From Reclinomonas americana ATCC 50394 (taxonomy: Eukaryota), in the NCBI GenBank assembly GCA_048213135.1, contig PS015609.1:31442-67174 (forward strand): DNA of 35,733 nt, given 5' to 3'. Both the position numbers and the translations under genes were made by a program. This document shows, piece by piece, positions 10,841-22,893 of this stretch. The notes under the pieces are model-generated. The model had not been told where the DNA came from and did not search any database. It worked only from the letters and a program-made list of their open reading frames with translations. How positions within the stretch are numbered: position 1 is the stretch's first letter; the number at the start of each line of letters is the position of its first letter.

Positions 10841-13382
10841 ATGCACTTACTCGGGCGAGCGCGCTCCCTCCTGCTGGGCCCGCTCACCTCCTCCTGCACC
10901 TCCCTCCACCGCAGCATCTCCGACAGCGCCAAGGCCATTGTCCGTCGCGAGCGCGAGTGGCTCGACCACGCATCTCTCTTGCTCTCTCGCTGGCAAGTCG
11001 ACGCACGCTGGCAGTCAGAGGTGCAAGCCAGTCGCGCCAAGGTATGCACTGCTGCACATGCATCCCTCACATACCGTCTTCTCACACATGCACACGCGCG
11101 GGAAAAAAAAGCTCGACGAGTTATTCTTGATTGTTGTCTGTGGAGAAGTTGCGTTGTTGTTGTTTGCAGCTCCAACGCTGATTGCATGTCTCATCGCGTA
11201 CGCTCAGTGGAACAGTGGCAAGAGCTCACTGATCAACACGTTACTGCGTGGCGACTATGTCAAAGAGGGTTCGCTGCAGGTCACTGCTTGCATACACGCG
11301 CGCATGATTCTCAGCTGCTCTGTGGTAACAGGTGTGCTTCCGACCACCGATGCACTGTTCTTGATTCGACATGGTGAGCGCGTGCAGCACTGGGAGGGCA
11401 CTCCGGAGGTGGCCGGCAGTCGGGCACCGATTCACCTGACTGTGCCGTCGCCGGCGCTGGTGGATATGGTGGTGGCCGACACGCCCGGCGTGAATTCGAT
11501 TGTGAAGGGACACCAGGAGATCACTGAGCGAGTGATTCCGCGCTCCGATNNNNNNNNNNNNNNNNNNNNNNNNNNNNNNNNNNNNNNNNNNNNNNNNNNN
11601 NNNNNNNNNNNNNNNNNNNNNNNNNNNNNNNNNNTGTGGGGGGTTGCTCTCGCCCCGTCTTTCCCTGTGCATGGTTCTTTCGAGCCGACTCCATTCATCA
11701 TTGCTCCTTTCGTGTCTGGGTGTTTGCTTTCGCCCTTCTTTCTCATAGCTTCGAGACATTTAGCCTTTGGCGTTCCAGTAGTGTCTGGGTGTTTGCTTCG
11801 ACTTTTCTTTCCCTCTGCTTGATTCCTTGAGTTAATCATTGCTCATTTCATACGGGTTTGCTTTCGCCCCTTCTTTCGCTCTGCTTGGTTTCTTTGAGCC
11901 TACGACGTTCATCAGTGCTCCTTTCGTGTCTAGGTGTTTGCTTTCACCCCTTCTTTCTCTCTGCTTGATTCCTTGAGTTAACGTTCATCGTCGCCCGGAC
12001 TTTCGGAGGGTTGCTTCCTTCCTCTCGCTTAACTCATCGCCGCTCATTACCTAGCAGGTTTGCTTTCGCCCCTTTCTTTCATCTCGCTTGGTTCCTTTGA
12101 GTGCATCGGCGCTCCATTCGTGTGCGGGGATTTGCTCCACCTGTTCTTTCCCCCTTTTGGTTCCTGTGAACCAACCGTGTCTGTTTGTTGTCGGGTTTGC
12201 TGTCATTCTTCATTCATCTCCCCTGTTCCCTTTGCCTGAACGATGCAGGCCCCGAGAGATCCACCCGCTTGCCCGTTATCGCCGACGAATTCCAACTCAA
12301 CCGATCTCACCTTCTCTCGGATGTGGCTTCGGCCACGCGGCACGTGGTGGCTGCCTTTGACAAGAACAACGAGATGCAGAATTTGAACGAGTGAGTGTGT
12401 TTCACGAGTTTGCTGCCTCCATCGTCTCACCCATATGTGGAACGATTCAGTACCATTCACAAGGCCATCATCTCCACCCTGGCGGTGGAGGTCGGCGCCA
12501 TTGGTCTCGGAGTCATGGCAGTGGTGTTGTCGGCTTCGCTTTTCGATCCGTCGGGCATGGTTGCAGGTTTGCTGTTGTTGATGTTTACACGCAATCGCGG
12601 ATGAACGACGCTGACTCTTTCTCATCACCACGGGCATGTATTTGGCAGCTGGTGCCTTGGCTCTTGGCGGCCTCTACGTACTGCCGCACATGCGNNNNNN
12701 NNNNNNNNNNNNNNNNNNNNNNNNNNNNNNNNNNNNNNNNNNNNNNNNNNNNNNNNNNNNNNNNNNNNNNNNNNNNNNNNNNNNNNNNNNNNNNNNNNNN
12801 NNNNNNNNNNNNNNNNNNNNNNNNNNNNNNNNNNNNNNNNNNNNNNNNNNNNNNNNNNNNNNNNNNNNNNNNNNNNNNNNNNNNNNNNNNNNNNNNNNNN
12901 NNNNNNNNNNNNNNNNNNNNNNNNNNNNNNNNNNNNNNNNNNNNNNNNNNNNNNNNNNNNNNNNNNNNNNNNNNNNNNNNNNNNNNNNNNNNNNNNNNNN
13001 NNNNNNNNNNNNNNNNNNNNNNNNNNNNNNNNNNNNNNNNNNNNNNNNNNNNNNNNNNNNNNNNNNNNNNNNNNNCCACCCGTCTCATTCTCACTCTCTT
13101 TTCCCCTTTCATGTGTGTGCTCATCTGGCTGGCCAGGCCGACTTTGAGAACCGCTTGCTGGATGTGCGGGCAAAGCTGCGCACGACACTTCGTGAACAGT
13201 TCGACTCGCAGCTGCAATTGTCGAGTGAGGAGATACGCAACGCAGTGTTGCCGTACACACGATTTGTGGAGAGTCGTCAGATGGCCGCCCGCTCCGACCA
13301 GGAGGAGTTTGTGGCGCTCCAGAAGGGTCTCGCTGGCCTTAAGGAGGACATTGAGAGGACTTTGCAAAGCACCTTGCAGTAA
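10841..13382 (+). CDS. FZL-like / bacterial dynamin-like GTPase with a possible mitochondrial presequence; middle part lost in gaps
   Basis: Spliced LDELFLIVVCGE|WNSGKSSLINTLL..KEG|VLPTT (G1/G2) and DTPGVNS (G3). The C-terminus has the hydrophobic hairpin AVEVGAIGLG..AGALALGGLYVLP and the motif IRNAVLPYTRFV. The N-terminus MHLLGRARSLLLGPLTSSCTSLHRSIS is Arg/Ser/Leu-rich and has no acidic residues. Confidence 0.8.
11700..12105. repeat. Degenerate intronic tandem repeat, about 6 units of about 65-75 bp
   Basis: The core gtttgctttcgccc(c)ttcttt..tctgcttg(a/g)tt(c)cttgag recurs within the dynamin-like gene intron. Confidence 0.75.
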
Positions 13383-13450
13383 TGAAGGCAACGAGTGCGG
13401 GAAATGAGGAGAGCCCGTGGGATGTGCGGAGAGAATATATTGCTGTCAAC

Positions 13451-14548
13451 TTACAAGTGCAGCTCAGGGTCTACGCGACATCGATGCACCACGACTTCAG
13501 TGTCCTCCACGATGAAGCATCGCAGCACCATCTCCGGCAGGCAGCGCGAGTCCAGCACGGCCTCGTCTCCTGCATCCTGCATCTCTTGCACTGCGCTCAT
13601 GGCCTCACGTGCTTTGGCAAGCTCGTTCCGAGCAAACACGAACGGCGTACACCACACCCACGCATTGTGGTCATGGCACCCACTGACAATGTGCTGCCCG
13701 TCGGGAGTGACGGCGACAGACAACACCGAGTCAGTGTGTCCCTTCAGCTGCTGCACCTCCTCGCCACTTGCCACTGACCACACTCGTACCGACATGTCCG
13801 CACTCCCACTCACTACGTGCTGACCAAAGGGAGTGACGGCGACAGTGGTCACCCGGCCTGCGTGCCCCACAAGCCGCTGCACTTCCTCTCCAGTCGCCAT
13901 CGACCACACGCGCACTGTGCTGTCAACACTTCCACTCACTGCGTACTGACCATCGGGCGTGACGGCGACAGCTCGAACTGTTTCAGTGTGTCCCTCCAAC
14001 CGTCTCACTTCCTCGCCACTCGCCAGTGACCACACGCGCACTGTTTCGTCTCCGCTACCACTCACAATGTACTGGCCATCGGGAGTGACAGTGACACACC
14101 ACACCGGCTTTGTGTGTCCCTCGAAACATCGCTCCTCCTCGCCACTCGTCAGCGACCACACACGCACTGTCTTGTCAAGACTCCCACCCGCAATGTGTTG
14201 ACCGTGGGGAGAGACGGCGACTGAAAGCACCACCGCAGAGTGCCCTTCCAACCGTCGCACTTCCTCGCCACTCGCCAGTGACCACACGCGCACTTTGCAG
14301 TCGCTGCACCCGGTCACAACGTGCTGCCCGTCGGGGGTGACAGCGACAGAGTACACCCATCCTGCGTGTCCCACAATCCGTCGCACCTCCTCTCCACTCA
14401 CCAGTGACCACACTCGTACTGTGGCGTCGTGACTCCCACTCACGACGTGCTGCCTGTCGGGAGTGACAGCAACACAAAGAACGCGGTTTGTGTGTCCAAG
14501 CAGTACGTGCTTGCGGAGGAAGAGAGGATGACGGGCAGTGGCTGACAT
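13451..14548 (-). CDS. 7-blade WD40 protein with conserved C-terminal tail (copy 1), intronless
   Basis: Seven 42-aa repeats GH..V..VAVTPDGQHVVSGS.D.TVRVWSL and the tail LDSRCLPEMVLRCFIVED. Start chosen by alignment with copy 2 (MSATARHPLFLRKHVL vs MTLPPLFLCKHVL). Confidence 0.88.
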   Translation of the reverse strand: MSATARHPLFLRKHVLLGHTNRVLCVAVTPDRQHVVSGSHDATVRVWSLVSGEEVRRIVGHAGWVYSVAVTPDGQHVVTGCSDCKVRVWSLASGEEVRRLEGHSAVVLSVAVSPHGQHIAGGSLDKTVRVWSLTSGEEERCFEGHTKPVWCVTVTPDGQYIVSGSGDETVRVWSLASGEEVRRLEGHTETVRAVAVTPDGQYAVSGSVDSTVRVWSMATGEEVQRLVGHAGRVTTVAVTPFGQHVVSGSADMSVRVWSVASGEEVQQLKGHTDSVLSVAVTPDGQHIVSGCHDHNAWVWCTPFVFARNELAKAREAMSAVQEMQDAGDEAVLDSRCLPEMVLRCFIVEDTEVVVHRCRVDPELHL

Positions 14549-14779
14549 GCTTGTGAAGAGGAGAAGGAGAGCGTGTGCCTGTGCGTGCGAGAGAGAGATG
14601 GGATGAGAGTGTAGTCCTGAGTGTGTCCCGCAGCGACTCGAAGTCGCAGAAGCGTTAAGAAGGCATTCATTCTTGGAGGCTCGTTCACAAACACCATTCA
14701 TGCAAGCACCTCGGAGAGAGGGAGACGGAGAGAGAGAGAGGGGCACGAATGTATTGTTTTCAAGGGAGTAAGAAGCAGG

Positions 14780-15874
14780 TTACAGATGCAGCTTAGGGTC
14801 TACGCGACATCGATGCACCACGACTTCAGCCTCCTCCACAATGAAGCATCGCAGCACCATCTCTGGCAGGCAGCGCGAATCCAGCACGCCTTCGTCTTCT
14901 GCATCACGCATCTCCTGTACCGCGTGCATGACCTCGAGCGCTTTGACGAGCTCGAGGCGAGCAAGACCACACGGAGTGCTCCACACACGCACTGTCTCGT
15001 CAAAGCTGCCACTGACGATGCGCTGCCCGTCGGGAGTGATGGCGACAGACAACACCGAGTCAGAGTGTCCCTCCAGCCGCTGCAACTCCTCGCCACTCGC
15101 CAGAGACCACACCCGCACTGTACGGTCGTCACTCCCACTCACCACGTGTTGACCATCGGGTGTGATGGTGACAGACTCCACTGCCTCAGTGTGACCCTCC
15201 AGCCGTCGCACTTGTTTTCCATTCTCCAGTGACCACACCCGCACTGTCTTATCGTATGCCCCACTCACGACATGCCGACCATCGGGCGTGACAACGACAG
15301 AGCGCACCCCACCAGTGTGCCCCCCCAGCTGCTGCACCTCCTCACCAGTTGCCAGCGACCACACCCGCACCGTCTTGTCAGAAGAACCACTCACAACGTG
15401 GCGACCATCGGGAGTGACAACAACACTGTGCACCCACTTTCTGTGCCCCTCCAGCCGTCGCACCTCCGCGCCACTTGCCAGCGACCACACACGCACAGTC
15501 TTGTCATGACTGCCACTCACCACATGCTGCCCGTCGGGCGCAACAGCAACAGCATACACAAAGGCAGTGTGCCCCTCCATGCGCCGCACCTCCTCACCAC
15601 TCGCCAGCGACCACACGCGCACAGTCTCATCATCATTCCCGCTCACAGCATGCTGCCCATCAGGCGTGATAGCAACAGCCCACACACGACCTGTGAACTC
15701 CTCCATGCGCTGCACCTCTTCTCCTCCACCACGCACCAGTGACCACACGCGCACTGTGCTGTCCCAGCTCCCACTTGCAATGTGCAGGCCATCGGCAGAG
15801 ACAGCAACAGATCGCACAGCATACGCGTGTCCCATTAGCACATGCTTGCAGAGGAAGAGAGGAGGTAGAGTCAT
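14780..15874 (-). CDS. 7-blade WD40 protein with conserved C-terminal tail (copy 2), intronless
   Basis: 364-aa ORF with seven WD40 repeats; its tail is nearly identical to that of copy 1. Confidence 0.9.
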   Translation of the reverse strand: MTLPPLFLCKHVLMGHAYAVRSVAVSADGLHIASGSWDSTVRVWSLVRGGGEEVQRMEEFTGRVWAVAITPDGQHAVSGNDDETVRVWSLASGEEVRRMEGHTAFVYAVAVAPDGQHVVSGSHDKTVRVWSLASGAEVRRLEGHRKWVHSVVVTPDGRHVVSGSSDKTVRVWSLATGEEVQQLGGHTGGVRSVVVTPDGRHVVSGAYDKTVRVWSLENGKQVRRLEGHTEAVESVTITPDGQHVVSGSDDRTVRVWSLASGEELQRLEGHSDSVLSVAITPDGQRIVSGSFDETVRVWSTPCGLARLELVKALEVMHAVQEMRDAEDEGVLDSRCLPEMVLRCFIVEEAEVVVHRCRVDPKLHL

Positions 15875-15934
15875 GAGCGCGCGCGAACAACAAACAAGTG
15901 ATTGAATTTTTCCTCACTCTTTTAATCTTCAACA

Positions 15935-17724
15935 ATGTGAGCCGCCACAACTCATCCTTCCCTCTCACTGACACTCACTGTCTCTCTCTCTCTCTCACAC
16001 ACACACAGGGGCGCAGGTCAATCTGTGAAGTTGGACGCACTGGCGAATGTCGACGACGTGAAGACCAAATGTGCGTGTTTTTGTGTTCCATTACTCAACT
16101 CACACACACACTCACTCACACTCACACACAGTGGGCGAGGATGCTGTGGCGGAGATGCACGCCACCTTCACTGCGCTGGCCAGTCGTCGTGGAGAGCGTG
16201 AGACCATGTTGAGTGGAGAGTTTTTCCCGCGCTCTCTCTTTTGTGTCTTACTCTTTGTCTCTGTGTGTGTGGCAGCACTGAGGCCGGCTTCCTGTCCATG
16301 CTTGAGGAGATCCCGGCAATGGCCGCGGCCACCAAGGTGACTCAATAAGTGTCGCGCACGCTCACTTGTTTTTGTTTGCTGATATGGCACATATATCATT
16401 CTTTCACAGGATATGCTCAAGGTCGGTGCTGCATCTTGTGTCGTTGTTGTTGTCTTCTGCGAGTTCAATATGTGCGTTGTGCAGCTCATGTTCAATGCCA
16501 TGGACCTGGACGGCGATGATATGTACATGTCGCTGTTTGTCTGTCATTGTTGCTGTGAGTGCTGACTTGTGTGTTTTTTCGTGCACGAGTGTTGGATTTC
16601 AATGGTGCATGCGTGTCTGTGTATGCTCATGGTGTGCGGTGATGCTGATGGCTCACTGGCGCGTCGTGGCAGAGTTCCTCACTGGCATGTACGTGGTGAC
16701 GGCGCCGGAGGCCGGTCGCGAGAAGATGATGCTGATGTTCCGCAGTTGCGTGCCAGCTTGATGTGCCAAGTGTGTGTCGTGCGGCGGCAGCTGATGATGG
16801 AGTGGCAGTCTTCGATGCCAACCGCGACGGCTTTGTGTCCAAGACCGAGGCCAAGAAGATCTTCAAGGTGGCCATCAACATGGCGCAGTCTGTCATGGTG
16901 GCCATGATGCAGGGCATGGTGAGCAGTGGGCGCGGCGTGGCGTGGCGGGTGATGTGCTCTCCTACCGCTCACACACTGCGATGCAGATGAGCATGTCGGC
17001 GGCGGAGGCCAAGCGCGCTGTCAAGGCCATGATGCCGGCGGTCGACGAGATCGTGGACTCGCTCTTTGCCAAGATGGTTTGTTTTGACGTCGCGGCTTGT
17101 TGGTGGATTCTATCTCTCCCCTTCCCTTCTTGCCTCGTTTCCTTCACTGCATGGGTTCCCTATTGAGCTTTTCTTTCTCTCCTCTCGACCTGCACTCCTG
17201 CTTGTAAGTGGCAGATCTGCGTTTGCACTGCTGCACCGAAGAGCACATGCACAACGGGATCAGCATTTCAGTCGTTCTTTCTTCCGCTCTTTCCTTGACC
17301 ATTCACTCCTCACCTTTCCTCGCTTGTGCGCGCAACTGAAGCTATCCGATCTGCGCTCGCACCGGCACATCTGAGCGCAACAAAAAAAGCGTCCTTCTCA
17401 CACCATTCACTCCTCGCGTCTCCTCGCTTGTCCACAACTGATGCATCGCTTGTGCAGAGAGCACATCTGAACACTGCAGAAGCGGTAGCTCTCCTCGTTC
17501 CTCCACTCCTTCTTTTCCATTCACTCCTCACCTTTCCTCGCTTGTGAGCGCCGTTGAAGCAATCAGATACATTGCAAATCTGACCGCTTCCCCTTCTCCT
17601 TCAGGACACCAACCAAGACGGCAAGATCTCCCTGGAGGAGTGGCTGAGCCAGCCCGAGTTCGAGGACGAGAAGGTCGTGTCGCTGTTGGGCTCTCTCGGA
17701 CTCATGCAGTCGTCGTCGAGCTAG
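15935..17724 (+). CDS. N-myristoylated EF-hand calcium sensor (NCS/calcineurin B-like), 11 exons
   Basis: Spliced translation starts MGAGQS and contains EF loops DLDGDGVLDFNE, DANRDGFVSKTE and DTNQDGKISLEE. It needs 12-nt (16410-16421) and 18-nt (16587-16604) microexons and an AT-AC intron at 16519-16586. Confidence 0.85.
17290..17550. repeat. Degenerate intronic repeat, 3 copies about 105-115 bp apart
   Basis: ccattcactcctc...tcctcgcttgt occurs at about 17299, 17403 and 17517, and gcacatctga is also repeated. Confidence 0.7.
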
Positions 17725-17815
17725 ACAACGACAAACAAAATTTCCTCAGTCACTTGCTTGCTTGTGTGTGTGTGGCGGAGAGAGACAGAGTGAGAACACA
17801 CAAAAGTAGTGAAGA

Positions 17816-20800
17816 ATGTCTGTGCGCATTGCTATTGATCGCGGAGGCACCTTTACGGATGTGTATGCCGAGTTGCCTGGAGGAGTGGTGGTGGTGGAAA
17901 AGTTGCTCTCTGTCGACCCTGCCAACTACGCCGATGCGCCCACGGAAGGTGTGGATAAAGTGCATTCTCTCTCTCACTCTCACTCTCACACATATGCGTG
18001 CTCTCTCTGTGTGTGAGGAAGTGTGCGTGCATTCGTGTGCGTGCATTGATTGATCCGATCATGCATTCATTCAGAGAGATCAGACAGTGTGACACACACA
18101 CACGCACACACANNNNNNNNNNNNNNNNNNNNNNNNNNNNNNNNNNNNNNNNNNNNNNNNNNNNNNNNNNNNNNNNNNNNNNNNNNNNNNNNNNNNNNNN
18201 NNNNNNNNNNNNNNNNNNNNNNNNNNNNNNNNNNNNNNNNNNNNNNNNNNNNNNNNNNNNNNNNNNNNNNNNNNNNNNNNNNNNNNNNNNNNNNNNNNNN
18301 NNNNNNNNNNNNNNNNNNNNNNNNNNNNNNNNNNNNNNNNNNNNNNNNNNNNNNNNNNNNNNNNNNNNNNNNNNNNNNNNNNNNNNNNNNNNNNNNNNNN
18401 NNNNNNNNNNNNNNNNNNNNNNNNNNNNNNNNNNNNNNNNNNNNNNNNNNNNNNNNNNNNNNNNNNNNNNNNNNNNNNNNNNNNNNNNNNNNNNNNNNNN
18501 NNNNNNNNNNNNNNNNNNNNNNNNNNNNNNNNNNNNNNNNNNNNNNNNNNNNNNNNNNNNNNNNNNNNNNNNNNNNNNNNNNNNNNNNNNNNNNNNNNNN
18601 NNNNNNNNNNNNNNNNNNNNNNNNNNNNNNNNNNNNNNNNNNNNNNNNNNNNNNNNNNNNNNNNNNNNNNNNNNNNNNNNNNNNNNNNNNNNNNNNNNNN
18701 NNNNNNNNNNNNNNNNNNNNNNNNNNNNNNNNNNNNNNNNNNNNNNNNNNNNNNNNNNNNNNNNNNNNNNNNNNNNNNNNNNNNNNNNNNNNNNNNNNNN
18801 NNNNNNNNNGACAGGGGTGCAGGCGTCTCTCTCTCTCTTGATACCTCTCTCTCTCTCTCTCTTCTTTTTGCTATCTCCCCAGTCTTCATTCTCTCTCATC
18901 ACTTTCTAACTCTCCCCCTCCTCCCTCACTCTCTCTCTCTCTTCACTTTCTCACTATCCCCCCCCCTCCCTCTCTCTCTCTCTTGTGCACTCACACGCGA
19001 GCGGAGCGCAGAAACCAAGCGTGGTGTCGGGTCGGGAGGTGCGCGAGACGCAGGGTGTGAACGGAGAAACAGTGCAGATCATCCAGCCACTGGAGGAGGA
19101 GCAGCTGCGTGCGGATCTGCGACGAGTGCTGGAGAGCACGGAGATTCGAAGCTGTGCGGTGGTGCTGGCGCACGCGTATGCGTTCCCGCAGCACGAGATT
19201 CGTTGCGGTGAGGTTGCGCGCGAGGTCGGCTTCACGCATGTGTCGTTGTCGCACGAGATTATGCAAATGGTGCGCCTGGTGCCGCGTGGGCAGACCACGG
19301 CGGTCGACGCCTACTTGACGCCGATTATCCACGAGTATCTGCGCGGCTTCCGACAAGGTTTCAAGAACGAACTGGCTGTTGCGTTGCGATGAGAAACGAA
19401 CGGTGATGGTGATCAGGGGTATTCACTCTGTGCATGCAGGGCGTCAACGTGCTGTTCATGCAATCCGACGGTGGTCTCACATCGGCCAACGATTTCCGCG
19501 GCTGCCGTGCCATCTTCTCGGGGCCAGCTGGTGCGCTGCGAGTTGATTTTTTTTTTTTTGGTCGAGCTGCTATGTCGATGAACCCACTCAACTGTGTATG
19601 TGTGCAGGCGGTGTCGTCGGCTACGCGCTGTCGAGCTACAATGCCGAGTCGCAACAGGCGGTGATTGGTTTCGACATGGGTGGCACGTCGACGGATGTGT
19701 CGCGCTACCATGGCACATTCGAGCACGTCTTCGAGGTAGAGACGGCTGGCGTGACTCTGCAGACGCCCCAGTTGGATGTGCAGACAGTGGCGGCTGGAGG
19801 TGGCTCCAAATTGCACGTTCTCGAAGGTGGCATGCTGGCTGCGGGACCCGACAGCGTCGGTGTGTGTTGTGTCCGTTCGTTTTCTCCTCTACTCTGCCGG
19901 GTCTCACTCACCCCCCGGCATTATGAAGGCGCACATCCGGGACCAGTGTGCTACCGCAAGGGTGGCGAGTTGGCCGTGACCGACGCCAACATTGTGCTCG
20001 GTCGCATCGTCCCCGAGTACTTCCCAGCCATTTTCGGCCCGCACAAAAACGAACCGCTGGACGCGGCAGGCGCTCGTCGTGCCTTTGAGGAGCTCCTGGA
20101 TCGCGTGCGTCATTTGCTACCGTCGTCGATTCACACGGTGGAGGAGCTGGCGTCTGGTGCGCATGATTGTAGGGCGAGAGCACTCTTTGTTTCCTTTGTT
20201 TGTTTATTTGGCTCTCGCGTGCGGAGCATTTTTTGAGCGTTGACGTTCCTTGCTCTTTCTCTTTCTATTTCGTATGAGGCTCTATCTCTATCTGTCTGTG
20301 TCTCCTTTTTCCATTCTTGTACTTCTTCGTCGTGCTTCTTGTCCTCCTCTTCTTCCGCTGCTCATACTCCTCCTCCTCTACCAACTTCTTCTGCCTCGTC
20401 TACGTCTTCTTCTTCTTCTTCTTCTCCTACTCCTACTCCTCCTCCTCCTCCTCCTCCTCCTCCTCCTCCTCCTCCTCCTCCTCCTCCTCCTCCTTCTTCT
20501 GTTCCTTCTTTGCTCTCTTTCTTCTTCTTCATCATGTTCTTCTCCTCTTTCTCCTCCTCCTCCTCCTTCTCCTTCTCCTTCTCTTCCTCCCCTTCCTTCT
20601 CCACCTCCTCTTTCTTCTTCCTCTTGTTCTTCCTCTCTTTTCCTCCTCCCCACTCACCTCACCTCACCTCACCGGCAGGATTCGTGCGCGTGGCCAACGA
20701 GACCATGGCGCGTCCGATCCGCAACATGACGGTGGCCAAGGGCTACGACGTTGTTACGTGTGCTTTTTATCACGTTGCGCACTGCCTAGTATTGCTCACG

Positions 20801-22607
20801 GTGTCCGCGTGCGCAGCGCGAACATGTATTGTCGTGCTTTGGTGGAGCTGGCGGGCAGCACGCGTGTTCCATTGCCCGTGATCTGGGCATTCGAAAGGTG
20901 TTTGTGCACCGCTACGCCGGCATTCTGAGTTGCGTCACAGTGGCCACGTGCGATCTCAGTAATACCTCTCACTCTGCGAGAGTAGGTGCGTACGGCATGG
21001 CCTTGGCCGACATTGTAGAGGACGTGCAAGAGACGTGTCCGTGTGTCTACTCGGAGGCGTCGTTGCGCGACACGCTGGAGCCGAAACTCAGCGAGCTCCG
21101 TGAGCGAGCCGTGAGCGCGCTGGTCGCCAAGGGTCACGTGCGCGACTCGATTCGCACCGAGGTCTGGCCTCCGCATTTCTTCGTCGACTGTCCGCTCATC
21201 TCTCACTCTCATTTCGCATTGCAGGAGTACATCCACTTGCGATACCGTGGCACCGATCATGGCATCATGACGGCGCGTCCCGCTGTCGGCGTAACCTATG
21301 AGGAGGCGTTTGTGGAGAGTTACCGCAAGGAGTTTGGGTTTGTGCTGCCCACTCGCGACATCCTGGTCGACGATTGCCGCGTGCGAGCCATGGCCAACTC
21401 GAGTGGTTTCTCGCTCTCCAGTTGCGTTGTGCTTTTTCTTGTCAGTCAGTCAGTCAGTCACGTGCAGGCGTTTTTGAAGCGGCTGGTGGACGCAGGTGGC
21501 CAAGACGTACACACTCCGTTCCTGCCGGAGACCACTGTACCCGAGGGAGAGGCAGTCAAGCGGGTCTCGGTTGAGCCGCGTTCGGTGACCAGCACTTTCT
21601 TCCCGAGCACTGGGCGGTACGTCTGAGCGTACACACACACGAGAGACCAGGTTGTTTCCTTCTAGTCACCTCTGCTTTGCTGCAGAGTTGAGATCCCCGT
21701 GTATGTGCTCGATGCCATGATTGCGGCGCGCTCTGCGGCCGGTGACGCTTCGTCGTCGTTGGTGCGCGTGGAGGGCCCATGCATTGTCATGATGGATACG
21801 TGGTGCGTGCGTGGAATGGACGTCGTTGATGCATAGAACATGGACTCTCCTCATTCGCACACAGCACTGTTGTGGTGGAGCCGCGATGCACTGCCTCGCT
21901 CACTGTGGCTGGCAACTTGCAACTGGATCTGGATTACGAAGGCGCCGAAAGCGGTGCTCATCACGCGTCTGCGCATTCTGCAGTCGCCGATGATGTGTGC
22001 GATCCGAGTTGCGAATTCCCTCCTTGTTCCGCAAAATCTGTAGTCACTGTGCTGGTGCCTCATGCTCGTTGTGTGTCTATGTGCAGTCCTGCTTTCCATC
22101 TTCTCCCATCGCTTCATGGGCATTGCGGAGCAAATGGGCCGAACGCTAGAGCGCACCTCCATCTCCACCAACATTCGTGAGCGTCTCGATTTCAGCTGCG
22201 CGATTTTCGACGTTGCGTCTCACTCTCACTCTCGAGCATCAATTCGTCGTGCTGAAGTGCATCATCTGTGCAGCCTGCCGGTGGACTGGTGGCCAATGGT
22301 TTGTGTGCTTTACGCAACTGTCGAGTCATTCCATGTTCCTCACAACGCACTGTACAGCTCCCAACCTTCCTGTACACCTCGGCAGCATGAGCGAAGCGGT
22401 GCGATGGCAGATCAAGCATCTCGGTTCGCTTCTGTTTCCGAAGTCGGCACAGAAGGACTGCTTGACTGACCGCGCTCCGCAGGCGACAGTTGGACCGATG
22501 AAGTCATCCTCACAAATCATCCGTGGGCCGGTGGCTCGCACTTGCCCGATTTGACCGTGATCACTCCGGTTAGTTCTCCACACAGTACTCAACCAGTCCA
22601 ACCGCTC

Positions 22608-22653
<46 letters not shown>

Positions 22654-22858
22654 TACGTACGTACGTACGTCGTCGTACGTACGTACGTACGTACGTACGT
22701 TGTTGGTTGGTTCGTCGGTCGGTCGGTACGGTCCGACCGACCNNNNNNNNNNNNNNNNNNNNGGTCGTCGACCTTACGTCCGACGTTACGTTACGTACGT
22801 AGTACTACTACCGTTACGGTTTACGTTCCTACCACACACTACTACCAACCACCACCTC

Positions 22859-22893
<35 letters not shown>

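Noticed and set aside
11700-12105. Repeat array superficially resembling CRISPR or a MITE
   Set aside because: The units are degenerate, have no unique fixed-length spacers, terminal inverted repeats or cas genes, and lie inside a eukaryotic intron.
22649-22830. (TACG)n-like palindromic repeat flanking a small gap
   Set aside because: TACG is the 454 pyrosequencing flow order. The run follows a CT microsatellite and borders Ns, so it is most likely read-end noise rather than a biological repeat.
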